From: Auanema rhodensis
Lineage: Eukaryota > Animalia > Nematoda
Assembly (NCBI GenBank): GCA_964057225.1
Contig: OZ059895.1
Span: forward strand, 7,626,001 to 7,690,000
Length of the DNA: 64,000 bases
Direction: 5' to 3'
The number at the start of each line of letters is the position of its first letter. Positions within the stretch are counted from its first letter, which is position 1. The position numbers were made by a program, and so were the translations under genes. Under the pieces are notes generated by a model, which saw only the letters and a program-made list of their open reading frames with translations, had not been told where the DNA came from and did not search any database. This document shows positions 51,461 to 64,000 of the stretch, piece by piece.

Positions 51461-51799
51461 TTAAATTAAATATAACACAGCTTTTTGAAAATCACAAGTT
51501 TCAAGCATTTTTAAAACCAGAAGGCAGTAATAGCCACGATTATGTGTACCAAATTCTTGTATTTGAAATGTCGAACATTCAATTATATTATCTTCTGCAC
51601 CTTTATTTTTGAGATAATTATCAATTTCTTGAGGTGGATCTAATCCGAAAGAATCAAAGTAATAACTTTTTTCCTTCATATTTTTATAGCAAACCCAATG
51701 AGTACCCTTATTATTACTTTTTTTTAACTCCTTCTCGAGCTCTTGGAGGTCAAGATTTGTTAGACTTGGTAGGTATTTTTGGAGACTAAGAGTAATCAT
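51461..51799 (-). pseudogene. Maverick adenain-like cysteine protease, internally deleted copy
   Basis: PSLTNLDL..SNNKGTHWVCY..YYFDSFGLDPP..FQIQ..HNRGYYC. His, Asp and Gln are present; the expected catalytic Cys is Arg (CGT). Confidence 0.8.
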
Positions 51800-53622
51800 T
51801 TAATAACCTCAAAAACATTGAAAAGGTTGAAATAACAAAAAAATGTGGAATTATGGGAAATATCCTAACACAGATTTTTGACCAATTTTCCCAGACCTGT
51901 GAAAAGAGCCCATAATTGGAGATTTTTCAAAAATGACAAGTTTTCCGTTAGCTAAGACATATTTTTGCTTTGCGAAAGCATGAAAATTGCTGAAAAATGC
52001 AGAAATTCGAGATTGGGCAAAATGCTGTCCCAGCGTCAACCTTTATAATACTACTCTATTGTATAAATTCTTTCTATCGTTTAGTCATTTATTTCGAAGA
52101 TTTCCTAACTGTATCGTTTGAATTGAAATTACGTATTAATTTTTTGATTCAATTTACTATAAGTTTTTTTATATACCTAATTTAGAGTTCAACAAGCTTT
52201 TCAAACTTTCTGTTATTTCATTTCAATCGAACTTTCTTGAGCATCTAACATGTTTGAGAAATGTCACTTCATTTTCAACCAATAAGCTGATCTAGTAATT
52301 AAATTTAAGTGAATTCTAATCAAACTTTGCTCAATGTCCTGATATGCCTGTCAAATCATTTCGAATAGTTACAGCTACTTTTTTAGAATAAATGAAGATT
52401 ACTACTTTGGTTTTCAAAGTATATTGTTACTAATATCTAATCTCAGTTGATTAATATCGGTTATTATGATAGTTTATGATTATTAAGTATATTTCACACT
52501 TGATTTAAGGGGAAAAAAATATTTATAAAGAGTAGAATCAAAATGTATATCATAATAAATTTCCTACCGTGCGTTCAATTATTTCATTTGGATATGTAAT
52601 TGGACTTAATACCAAATTATACAATATCATTGCTTTGGAAAAATTTAAATGCAGATAAACAACAAATTAAGAAAAAAAAATGTTTTCTTATCACAAAATA
52701 GAAAAAAATCTTATTTATACAATATTTTTTTATCTCACATTTCATACTTTGATGCCCCTTCCCGGTGTTAGTACAACAATGTTTTTTTGTCTTTCATCTG
52801 TCTGACTACTTAAACAATTTATGAGTACACTAACTTCTAGAATGATGTTCTGAACGATTTTCTTGTTATATTGAAAAAAACATAAAGACGAGTTAAATTT
52901 CCTTTATTTTTTCTGATAAACTATGTGACATATAGGAAAGCTATGTAGTGTAGCCTGTTAAGGCCAAAACGAGTGAAGCAAATATGGAGTGTTGAATTTA
53001 TTATGTAAATATGAGATGATAAGAAGCTGGGCAATTGGCACTTTAAGAGAAAAAAAAATGGGAATTAAAATGTTTGAAAAAAAAAGGCGTTAGAGAAAAA
53101 AATTAATGATTTTAAAAACATTAGAAATACCAACAAATATTGTGGAAAAATCATCGGCTTATAAAGATGGCCCGTTTAACCACCGAGTTGTCTTTGAACA
53201 AGATAAATGTATGCTTTCAAAAAGTAATAAACAACAAACAAAACAAATAGTTGCCTAGAAAGAGATTGATAGTCACCGAACAGATCTGGCAGGAGAGAAA
53301 GGAGGAAATAATGAAATACCACGGGTAGTTGGCGAGGAAAAGTATGTGAGACGACAACATTCAAATTTACAATTATTTATATAATTATATTATAATTAGG
53401 GTCTAATTATTACTGTCCACTAGGTGAAGCTAAAATACGTCCACATGAATTACAATTATGTATATATATAACCAGCAGATGTTTATATATATTTGAGATG
53501 GATAGAAGAAGAGCTTTAGTTTTAGCACATCTTCAGTCTTCAGCTCTAACAAAGCTTCCAAGTGAACGGCCCTAGTATGACCGCTTCGATTCGCAAAGGT
53601 TCACTTTCATACAAGGAAGATA

Positions 53623-56600
53623 CTATTCAATGCGCTGTTCCAACTTAAACACCGGCTGATCCAACTTCACTAAGGGACTTCGAAGTTGATCATATGCCAT
53701 GGCTAAATTTCCAAGATCAAATTGTTGTTTTGTAGTTTCATTGGCCATTAAACTAAGAGCGGGGTGCAACATTGCTAAAGATGTGGCTAATGAGACCTAA
53801 AAAAATGATCGTAAAATTCATCATAACATCTATGAATCACCTGCTGGTTGTTTAATAAATGATTTGCAATTGCGTCAACGTCAGTATGTGAAACTGAAGA
53901 AGTTGTAGTAGGAGGAGTAGTGGATGTAGTAGTAGATAACATTGAAGGTGTTTGATTAATTTCAGGAGATGCTGATCTGGTCTGAAAATTGGCTCGTATG
54001 ATGAAACTTCAACAACATGCTTACTGGACTGGACATCATGGTGGGCATCCCAGAGAGTTGAATACCCAATCTTGAAGCTAATGTGATCATGTCCAACGGC
54101 TGTGAGGCACCGAATCCAAATACATCAGAGAGAGATCGTTCCCCGTTTATCTCACTCATGTTAGTATCTTCCATAGAAGGGGAAGGTGTAGAAGCACATC
54201 CTGAGCTCTGAAAAAATATTTTTAGTTGAATGCACCCGTTCTGAACGTTGTTTTTTTCAAAAGACTATATTGAAACAGGTTTTTGATGTCTAACAGTTAA
54301 TGCAGGTATATTTCTTTATATTAAAAAAACTAACGCCCTCATCATGCAGAGGAGTAGAAGGTTGAGCAATTATAGGATGAGTATTAAGTATCTAAAAAAA
54401 CAAATAAGCTAAATATTTTCCTGTATACATTACCTGCGGTTTATTTTCTTGATTTTCTTGAGATCGTCTGCGAATTTCTTTGCGTTTATTGGCAAACCAA
54501 TTAGCGACTACTTGAGGTGAAACTACTTCTTTAGGCATTAGTCCAACTCCTAAAATTGAGCAAGCTTTAGTATTCAATATTCCCGAGTTTCTGTTAAAAG
54601 TAAAATATTTTCAAAATGTACCCATGCGATTGATATTATTTATTGAATATGACTATCTGTCACCGGAAACCGTTTTAAGTTACGATATTCAGGAAATCAG
54701 ATAGAAGATCATATTTCGGAAAAGGTTTCAAATTAAAATTCATTATACTATACCTTTTTTATCCAGTTGAAGAACGTGATTGCAAGCTGTGGCAATTTCA
54801 ATCCTTCTATTAAAATCTGGGAAAGGTGTTTGCGCGAAGAAGTTTTCCAACATGCGAATAAGAATAGGACGAAAAACATAACGCTCGCGTCGTTGTGGAA
54901 TGAGCTCCCCATCTCCATTTGTCTCCAGACGAGTTGCAGGATCTGACAGAAAAGCTGCTAAAAAAACAAAAATAAGCATAAGAACTATGAATATTTTTAG
55001 TTATCAAGGTGGTCTAACATCATAGTCCCTAATCTCGGCAAGTCTTCATTTTTACAAAATCTTTCTAATAGTGACAACCCCCTAACTAGACTTTAACCTT
55101 CTCACATGGTTCACAATATGTAAGAAATAAAAATCAAATATGAATGTAGCAATGAATATTTGATAAACATTAAAACTACTGGCTCTATGCGTGCTCCATA
55201 TAGTTGTAGACGAAGCCTACGTCGTAGCCCATAATGGAACAGGCTCATTACGCAGGGTCACTAAGTAAGCACAAAAAGTCGTTTATTTACTTTTTTAAAT
55301 CTTATTCTTCATTTACCGCATAGTGAGAACTAAGAAGAAGGCGAAAAAAAAAGAAAAAGAGGATAAGCAAAAATTTAGATGAGAGAGAAAAGGTATCGTC
55401 TACTTATTCTTCTCCACCTACTCTCTTCTTCTGCACTTTCAATGTATCATCACTCATACACACACATACGCACAAGCGGCTTAGCTTAATTTCTTGTCTT
55501 CGTTTGCCAGACTGATGTTGCTGGACTTCAAACAGATGAACGAGGACATCTTAAATAAATAAAACCTTGACAAATAGTATAAATTCATATAGTGAACTAG
55601 GTAAATAAACCAGATGAACTGATTCAGACTCTTTGAAATCCTCCGCGTCTCGACATAACGGTTAACTCTTTTTTCATCATCTTACATAATGACAAAAAAC
55701 TGAGCTAACGCTCGATACTATCAACCAATGAGCAGATTCATCTTGGCCAATTTTTAAAGGATTCAAAGTACATTTCAAATCGGTTTTGGTATACTTAAAA
55801 ATTTTTAATCTAAGCTAAGAGTGGGCTGGAAGGTTGGCTTCATAATAAATAATGAAGAGCTAATAAGACATATATTTATGTTAAACGAAACATTGCATAC
55901 CTAGCTTTTCTGGATGCTTTCGGCAGTTCAGATACCAACAGTAAATATTTTTCCGACATCTTAATGAAAGCTCACGATGATTCCCATTTAATAATTTTGA
56001 AATGTATGGTTGAGATACACCTAAACTTTGAAATTGCAATTTTAGTAGTTTGTACCACACCAACCTGTCATCATAGCGACAGTAGTCTGTCGAAGAGAAT
56101 ATTGATTGATAAATTGTTTCATATCAGATATACAACCCTCTTCGCCTTGTTCCATGAACTCTTCCAGTTCAGTAGGATCGTCAAGAACAATAATATCGTT
56201 TATTGGAGTTCTCTGGCTCCTAATAGGACGTCCGCCTGCATGGTTTTCGTATTTGGGAAGTTGCATTACTGATGTTGTGGAACACGGTGTTGAAGACATT
56301 GATGATCCCGGAGGTGGAGATATAGGTGGTACAATAGGCGATGTTGTAAGTGCGCCACAAAACTCCTTTTTGCAGTCAACGGCGTTTTGTATTTGTGCCA
56401 GTTGCTGACTTAGCTGTTGTTCTGCAGATGATGGAGGAGGAACAGTTTGTACGCTAAAGCCTTCAGGAGAAGGACAGACAGCGGGTTTTGATGCAGATAT
56501 GGTGACGGGAACAGGCGCCTGCGCCTTCAGATGCTGTAACAGGATTGGAGAGGTAATAGAGTCGTCGGCTGACGTCGTGGGCACGGATACAGGAGACGCG

Positions 56601-59600
56601 TGCATAAGGGGTAAGACAAGAGCAGATTCGGCAACGCTCGGTTTCATCAGATCTGTGTCAATCTGTTCCATCTGCTCAAAAGCCTGTAAAATAGAAAAAA
56701 AGGTACAATGAAGAAAAATTCCAAGTACCTCAACAACTTGCTGAGCAGTGATACCCGTGGTTCTAAGCCGTCGTATCAGTTCTAGCTGTTCTACAGTGAA
56801 TAGGCTCATACCTGTAAGTGATGAATAAAAAAAATATTGGATATTTCAAGAAAGGGTTATCAAAAAGGCGCATTTCAGATTGAGACTCATAAATATCAAA
56901 TTTCTATAGTCATTTGACTATTCATTAAATAACATGTTCACAGTAACCTATAGATTGATATGATTAGAGAATATGATTAGAGTCTATAGTAGGAGATCGA
57001 GCGGTGAATGTTGAAAAATGATAAATGGCTTCCTATTTGAGTTTCATAAGGTCCGACAATGAAAATGTCATTTGCAGTATGTTGAGAAACATATATTTGT
57101 TTCCGGATAAAAATATAGAAAATAGAAAAGAGAAAGACCTTTCGAGCCCCTCTCACAAAGAAACAAGAACGGAAGTAGTGACTAAGGATGCGGTGTTCTG
57201 GCATCTGAAGTTCAATTCATAATCGTATTTAGAAACACGAGATTATGAAGAAATGACGGCGAAAGCAACATTACACATAACTAATGCAAATTCTTCATAT
57301 TTTAATATTATAATATCAGACATCAGCTGGAAACAAATAGAAAGTTGCAATGAAGACTGTCGGTAGGCAGCAGCAAGAAATACACTCACTTCAGCTGAAT
57401 CAGAAGTTCATAGAATCGCAAAGATAGGAATTGATTGATGTTTAGTTGTTTATTGAAAAAAACAACTTTATGAAATGAAAAATACTTTGTTAGTTGAAAC
57501 TACATATATGAGAGAGAGAGAAAAAAAAGAGATATGGTAAGTCTTGCGAATTGGTTAAAACCAAATGAAGTAAGAGTAAAAAAATAAGATTAATATAAAG
57601 ATAAAAATAATTAATCTTAAATATTATAACTAATCACAAGTTATGCTGACAGTTAGGTAAATTATGTTAACAGGTAAATTCGTTAGGTTAAAAATCGGTA
57701 CGTAATTTAAGGAAGAAGCTCTAGAAGACTAATTATCTATTATAACTAAAAGTCAAAATAACAAATCACATATGACCTCCCACATTGATAAGTATTGAAA
57801 AAAGTGCTAGTTGCCTTCGGCAATGAAGTCATTACCACTGTGATTCTTTTCTTTTCTTTCAATCTCTTTTTTCAGTTTGTCTGGTTGTTTAGGAAAGAGG
57901 GCGGAGTTTACGCTTTTATTGAGACTGACTACTTTGGATAGTAGACGAGAAGAAGGTTGCATTTATAAAAGTGGAAATGGAAAAATTAAAAAATCGAAGA
58001 AATGGAAGAAGAACAGGGTTTTAGGTCAGTACGAGAACAACAATCGGTTTGGAAAAGTGCAAGAAAGCCTGAAGGTTAGATAGAGAGAGAAAGGAGAGTA
58101 GGATTGCATGGTGGTGTGAATCTTTGCGTCTTCAGTTTCTATGATGAAGATGATGAAGGTGATGTTGGTAGTTCTGCTAATGATGTAGATACGACAGTTG
58201 TCCAGTTGTGTGTATGTTTCATTAAGTTTCTTCAGAAAAAAGGAAAAGAAGAAGAGGGGAGAAATGATAAAAAGAAATGGATATCTATGTGTATTATTAA
58301 CTGATTAAGCTGGAAAAAAAGATGAATCTAAAGCATTGCAAACAAATGTGATACAACGTAAAAATGACCAGAACGAAATCAAAAAATAGCTTTGTTTCAA
58401 ATATAGAGCAGAAGGATTAAAGCATATTGTTCATCAGTTATTACGTTTAAGAAGCTAGAATGGGAGAATCTATATTTACGCCGTCATCTATGTGATCTCT
58501 CTGAGCTTTTTCTCCACGAAATTTTTCCACTTTTAAGATATTTAAATAGCTTCTTTTCCACCTCATTGAGCACTTTCAATATTTTTTCAACGTTTTCCAC
58601 TTTTTCCAAACAGTCTGAGATTGGTTTTTTATGCGATAGACAACACGCACAAAATACATACAGTTTCATCTTGTCGTCTGAGTCCTCTCCGACAACTGCG
58701 ATGGCGACGAAAACGACGGGCCGACATTCGACAGTGACCACACACACAAAAAGGTCAATTGTACTTTCGGAAAATAGACGACACAATGAGGCTGACCGGG
58801 TGGTGATGTTAGTTGTGTGGGTAGCGACGGTCGTGTGGAACAGAGAAAGCAGACGAGTTAAATAAGAAGGAAAACGGTGTGAAGGCCAGTAGACCGAAAT
58901 GGTCTGGTATTCCCTCCTTCTCGTAATCTCTCTCTCTCTTTCTCTTTCAACGGAGAGAAAATTATTGACAGTATATAGTCAATCTTAATACGACTTTTTT
59001 TCTTTTTTCCATTCTGAACATGGATACTTCTCACTATGAAAAATCGAAGAACAAGATATATGCTGGCGAAATTAATGTTGAAACTTAACGACGACAAAGG
59101 GAAACATTAAGCGCATGTATGCTCATATTCAATTTGAATTTTAATGAAGTTCCATCATTTCCTTTGATAAAAAAAAGAAAAAACAGTGCAATCAGTGTTG
59201 TATCATATAGTAGTGGCACATCACAAGTAGCAAGATATACGTACAAGAGATTAAGCAGAGTATCTTTGGTTGATAATGGCTGAAATGAAGTACACGGCCT
59301 CGTGTTTGAGCATTGACATCAATCACTAGCGATGAAGATCGAAAGAAAGAGGTGAATAGATGAAAATGAGATAGTCTAAGAGTTTGATAGAGAGACAGAG
59401 AGACAGGTGAGCCAAAAAGCTTTATAGTTCTCTCACTTATATTCTTCCAATATCGTTTTTTAAGCATTTCTTTGTCGATGTTATATATACGTACATATAA
59501 TAATCACAAAGCGGAACAGATAAACCTTAGGCAAACTTGATAATTGAATAGTTTAAAAGATTTAAGAAAATGGAAAAAAAATAATTAAAATCTGGTATCA

Positions 59601-60840
59601 ATCTTTCAATAAAAAAATTAACTCTAAATCATTCGTGTCAGATTAAAATGTTCCGATGAATGACCTAATTGAAACAAAAAATGGTGCCTTACTGACTGGC
59701 TGGCAGATACACGTGAAGAGGTTGATATCGCCGCATCATCCAACTTCAATTTCTAATTATTACAGCAAATCCTCTAAATCTCTTGGAATTAAATTCAGCT
59801 ATACCGCGCTATATATCAGACATTGATGTTGTTTCAAGTTAATAGCTTATATAAACAGAATTTAATCGTATATATAGGTAATAATGCCATACAGTCTTCA
59901 ATCAAAAACATTATTTTCCTATCTTGTAGTCATTTTTTGTTAGTTTGACATAAAGTTTACAACGAAGAAACAAGAACTATGCCAGTATGTGCTCATTAAA
60001 TTGACGTTTCATATAGATTATAGTTAATATTACGCCCTGCTCGGTTATCAGTTCACGATGAACTGATCACATTTAAGGACGAAGAGTCCTTAAACTTGAG
60101 AAAAGAGAAAGAGAAAAGTGATCAGGTGTCCATATAAATGGTTGAAACGAGAATTAACTATTAACATATAAATAAGTATAAAAGGAGAAAAAAGTATTTA
60201 AAAACGAATTGAATTGAAGTGAGCAGCGATCATTTGCCGTTTCATATTAACGGAAGAGTCATTTTAATGTTAGAGAATAGGATGATCGGATAGGTTTAAG
60301 TCTCATTTGCACGGTAAAACATAGTTCGACATAGAAAAAAGTTCGCTCAACCGAATAAGTAGCTGTGTTTCGAGAGAATTGTTAAGAAATTAAATAAGTT
60401 ACAGTAAAATAAAAACAGCGTTTTAACATTTAGAGAGTTATACAATGCTATTTTTTTAGAAAAAAAAAGGGACAGCATGAGTCAGTTATGTCCACAAACG
60501 CGAAAAATGATAAACGGATAACCGGACAAAATATATGTATATAGCGAATATATGTATGTTCAGACTAGTATAAATCGACAATATTTTATATTTATGTTAT
60601 ATATAGTTAACGGTTTGGCAGATCCCTGTATCGAGAATGACTAAATATGTATTGAGTGTTTGGAATGTATTCGAAAATTTGAACACAATATAATGAAAAA
60701 CAAGAGACGATGTAACGCAAAGAATGATGCAATTAACTAAGAGTTTTCTTACCTGGGGAGCACAGATTACTTAATGAAGACATAGATCCGACGACACCAA
60801 GTGGAATGGTTGTCGTTGGTTGAAGGACTAAACAAGACAT
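53623..60840 (-). CDS. hmbx-1: HNF1-class homeobox protein HMBOX1 (hmbx-1), multi-exon
   Basis: MSLFTVEQLELIRRLRTTGIT (HNF1-like N-terminus), POU-like QTTVAMMTG|VSQPYISKLL..WYL, extended homeodomain RRERYVFRP..RRIEIATACN..VVANWFANKRKE, stop at 53623. An upstream exon 60878-60753 (ATG 60840, phase 1) joins in frame to the acceptor at 56811. Confidence 0.88.
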
Positions 60841-61506
60841 GTTAGTCTTAGTGTAGTTCTTCAGAATTATATTCTAGGCTAAAACTCGAGTTTCAGAGAA
60901 GTATTAGCTAAGAATAACTGTTTATGTGTGGGTAAAGGAGAAATAGCAGAAATCAGTTAATAGATAGCTATAATGAGTATAACTAACTAACGATTCTCAG
61001 AAGCTTTCGGAGGAATATAGTTGTCGTGTTTCGTTTGGTTCCAAACGACTTGACAAATGACGATCAGCTAATATGGAATAGTTAGTGAGATAAGCTGATA
61101 TCAGTGTTGCCTGTGGATAGTTCGCTCCGAACTTTTTCAATGTTATCGCATGGTATGCTCTCCTCATGACACATACTATTTAATAATATTTCGCTTCTTT
61201 TTTCCGTTCAAAATTGTTAAGTGTTTATGAACAGTTTGTAGCATTTCAATTTAATTTTATAACAGTCTTAACTATAAAAATAGTTGATATAGAATTCTTT
61301 TGAATCTATTAACTTTCGATTTTCCAAAATCAACATAAAGAAGGCTAAAATCAGTTAAAGTTATTGCTTCATCTGAACAAAAAGTACGCGGCGAACTGAT
61401 AACCAATTGGAAGACTGATAGCATTGAAAACTACATATGTGAAGGTTTCCGGAATTTTCAACAAAATATAGTATAAGATTTATATATCTATATTATACAT
61501 ATATAG

Positions 61507-61508
<2 letters not shown>

Positions 61509-61555
<47 letters not shown>
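61509..61555. repeat. (TA)n microsatellite
   Basis: About 23 TA units. Confidence 0.97.
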
Positions 61556-61558
<3 letters not shown>

Positions 61559-63178
61559 GGTTTAAAAAAATTTTGTATTTAGAGAATAAGCTATGTAAGA
61601 AGCATAGCTGAATGCAACTGCGTTAAAAGTACCATAACCAAGTTTATATATTTAGCATATATTTATAATCTTAATTATATTCAAATTAAGATAAAATTAT
61701 AAAATGAAATATGCTAACTATATATTACAGTATGCTTTCATATAATGGTTATCAGAGAAATGAAGTGAAGCTCTTCATAATCATTTATAGTTTTGAGTTT
61801 TGTGTGAGCAACAAATGAACGATGGATCACTAACTATACCATATACATATGTCTCTTATCAAATAATGTTATCGAAATAGCATTAAAATGGCAAATAAAT
61901 CTTTGGAAAGTATGCACCGTCCTTATTCTGCTCTTCATCTCTGCTGACCTTGTGAAATGGTTATTTTTTCTTTTCCTATACAACTCACCCCTTTTATTTC
62001 CACTTTCCTCCCTCTTCTCACTTCTCTTTTTCATCGCCGATTATCAGTTTCATTTATAAGCATACACAATCAGCTCATTGTCATTCTAATTTAAACGTAT
62101 TTGTAATGTATTGTATTTAACAAATTCGGTAAAAAAAGGTCATTTTTGATTGAAAATATTTAAATAATATAATATGAAAATGAGATCAAATATATAAAAG
62201 CTGTATATATATACTATATAATTGAAATATACTAGAAGAAGTTTTCTTTAATTCTTTAGATTTAAGAATTATTCTAGGATGATGCAATAGAAAATAAAAA
62301 AAATAAATGAATGAAGCTTTTGAGAAAGTGCTATAACCTTGATCAGAGATTACAGCATACGCGTATGTTGCATTAGGAAGTTGGTAAAACTGTTACTAAT
62401 GCATCATACAGCCTTCATAACATAGCTTAGCCATCTCGGTATGATGCTTTTGTCAAAGGACAACTGTAACTAGCAATGATGAGGCTGTTACAGAAAGAAG
62501 TAGCGAGAATAGACCATGGTTGTGGTTGTCTCAATGCTGGTATTGAAGCTGACGTGGTAGCGACGTCTGAAGCCTGGGCCTTGAGGCTGATTGCATTTCG
62601 TGTAGTCCAATTCAATGCATTCTAGATGGATTTCTGTCATATAATCATACATCTAAATAGAATATGCATACACAAAGGACACCTCCATATCGTTTTCTTT
62701 TCTTTTTCGATTTTCGTTCTAGCAAATTTTTTTAGCTCCTGTCTCTGACTACATTCACATACAGCACTCTCACTTCTATTTCTTCATTTCCTTCCTCATT
62801 TGCCTAGTGACTCTCTCATATACACATATATTCTTATACAATTTTTATCTTATTCTCTCTATTCATTCGATGTCTCACTCATCATGCATATGATCTTTAG
62901 CTTTTCTGTATCTCATTAATAAATGCTTGATCTTGAATGATGAATAAGTACAGAATCACAGAATAGACTTGTGGAGCTGATGATGATGATGTTGGTCATC
63001 TTAAATTCTATATGAAATATGGTCTTTGAGCTAAATATCGTTGGCATGCTTTATGTCTGTTCTATTCTCTTATCATACGTAGCATTCCTCGTAGTTCATG
63101 GAATAATATAATTTGGAAAATAGCAAAATAATACTATATATTTTACAAAAAACATTATATAAATATATATAAATACAC

Positions 63179-63182
<4 letters not shown>

Positions 63183-63247
<65 letters not shown>
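63183..63247. repeat. (TA)n microsatellite
   Basis: About 32 TA units. Shorter TA runs also occur at about 17172-17193 and 40534-40554. Confidence 0.97.
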
Positions 63248-63250
<3 letters not shown>

Positions 63251-64000
63251 TAAATATATACATACATACATCTTTAAGTGAATAAAAAAAGAAGATGAGT
63301 GGTTATGGAAAAATGCAACCGCTGCACATTGTTTGGTTAAAAAAAATGAAGTTCACGCAACTTCACGCTTGGTTATAACAATTGATTGATGTAACTATAT
63401 AATATTCATTGAATTAAAATCAAGATTATAAACTATATTGATATGATAAATCATTTGCAGTTTGGCAACACAGCAAGTTCAGAATTTTTTTTTCATATAA
63501 AAAATTACTATATACATTTGCAAATCAAATAATCTGATTATGCGATATATCTTTCTCGATTGTTCTCGATCAATTTTTTGTCATGCTCTTTCTCTCTGAA
63601 ATATTATATATGTGATAAATAGGTTTATATTACATTGATATGTTGCCTAGTTTTTCTTTGTTTTTTTTATAAATAAGTTCTTGTTACGCCTCATTCACTT
63701 TGTTTGGTTCAGATTCAATTGCGCGATAGGTTTTCTCAACATCACTCTCTAAACTTTCTATCCCACATTAGCCCGGAAAGTGCAAGACCGACGGATTATG
63801 GGTATAAATGGAATTGTAAAGAACTAGATACAAAAAAGTGATAGAATGATAGAGAAAAGAAGAAAGTGGGAGGAAAAGTGGGTGGATAAAGATGTGCGAG
63901 AGAAAAACAGAGGTATAGAAAAGGCAACGGCTATCTAGATCCAGGTGTGGTTCAAAACTGTGGCGACTTTTTTCCCGGAACAATAGAAAAAAAGATGATG

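Larger units (their letters stand above)
50069..52055. mobile_element. Degenerate Maverick/Polinton relic
   Basis: Two adenain-like protease fragments, a retroviral-type integrase C-terminal/chromo-like fragment, AGTAGTAGTAT at 50069 and ATACTACT ending at 52055. The DNA lacks introns and carries stops and frameshifts. Confidence 0.8.

Noticed and set aside
57877-59467. Several 60-100 aa ORFs in both orientations
   Set aside because: They lie within the inferred hmbx-1 first intron, are low-complexity or GA-rich, and show no family motifs.
60746-60760. CTTACCTGG resembling the U1 snRNA 5' end
   Set aside because: Downstream sequence does not resemble U1. It is better explained as the reverse complement of the hmbx-1 exon donor CCAG|GTAAG.
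63073-63267. (YI)n ORF
   Set aside because: Translation of a TA microsatellite.

Overview
AT-rich eukaryotic genomic DNA, very probably from a nematode (inferred from dense 40-60 bp GT-AG introns, TTTTCAG/TTTTAG acceptors often directly before the start ATG, and gene content). The supplied ORF track only catches exon fragments, so I assembled gene models by hand from splice signals. About 15 protein-coding genes: NOM1(-), TAM41(-), an EGR-family zinc finger (-), an unknown possibly DEPS-1/MUT-8-like gene (+), listerin LTN1(-), an unknown gene with a FLASH/CASP8AP2-like coiled coil and an 18-bp minisatellite (+), a secreted two-domain Argos-like protein with a GC-AG intron (-), ARID1/let-526(-), DDA1(+), a probable operon sec-5 / TMPPE / DIM-1-like Ig protein / PINX1 (+), a 4-TM membrane protein (-), and HMBOX1/hmbx-1(-). 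At about 50.07-52.06 kb lies a scrambled Maverick/Polinton relic: two diverged adenain-type protease pseudogenes, an integrase C-terminal fragment, AGTAGT-type ends and a perfect 129-bp inverted repeat. Best leads: the Argos-like secreted protein, the FLASH-like protein, and the Maverick relic with its perfect hairpin. No rRNA, tRNA or CRISPR array was seen. All family assignments come from remembered motifs, not database searches.
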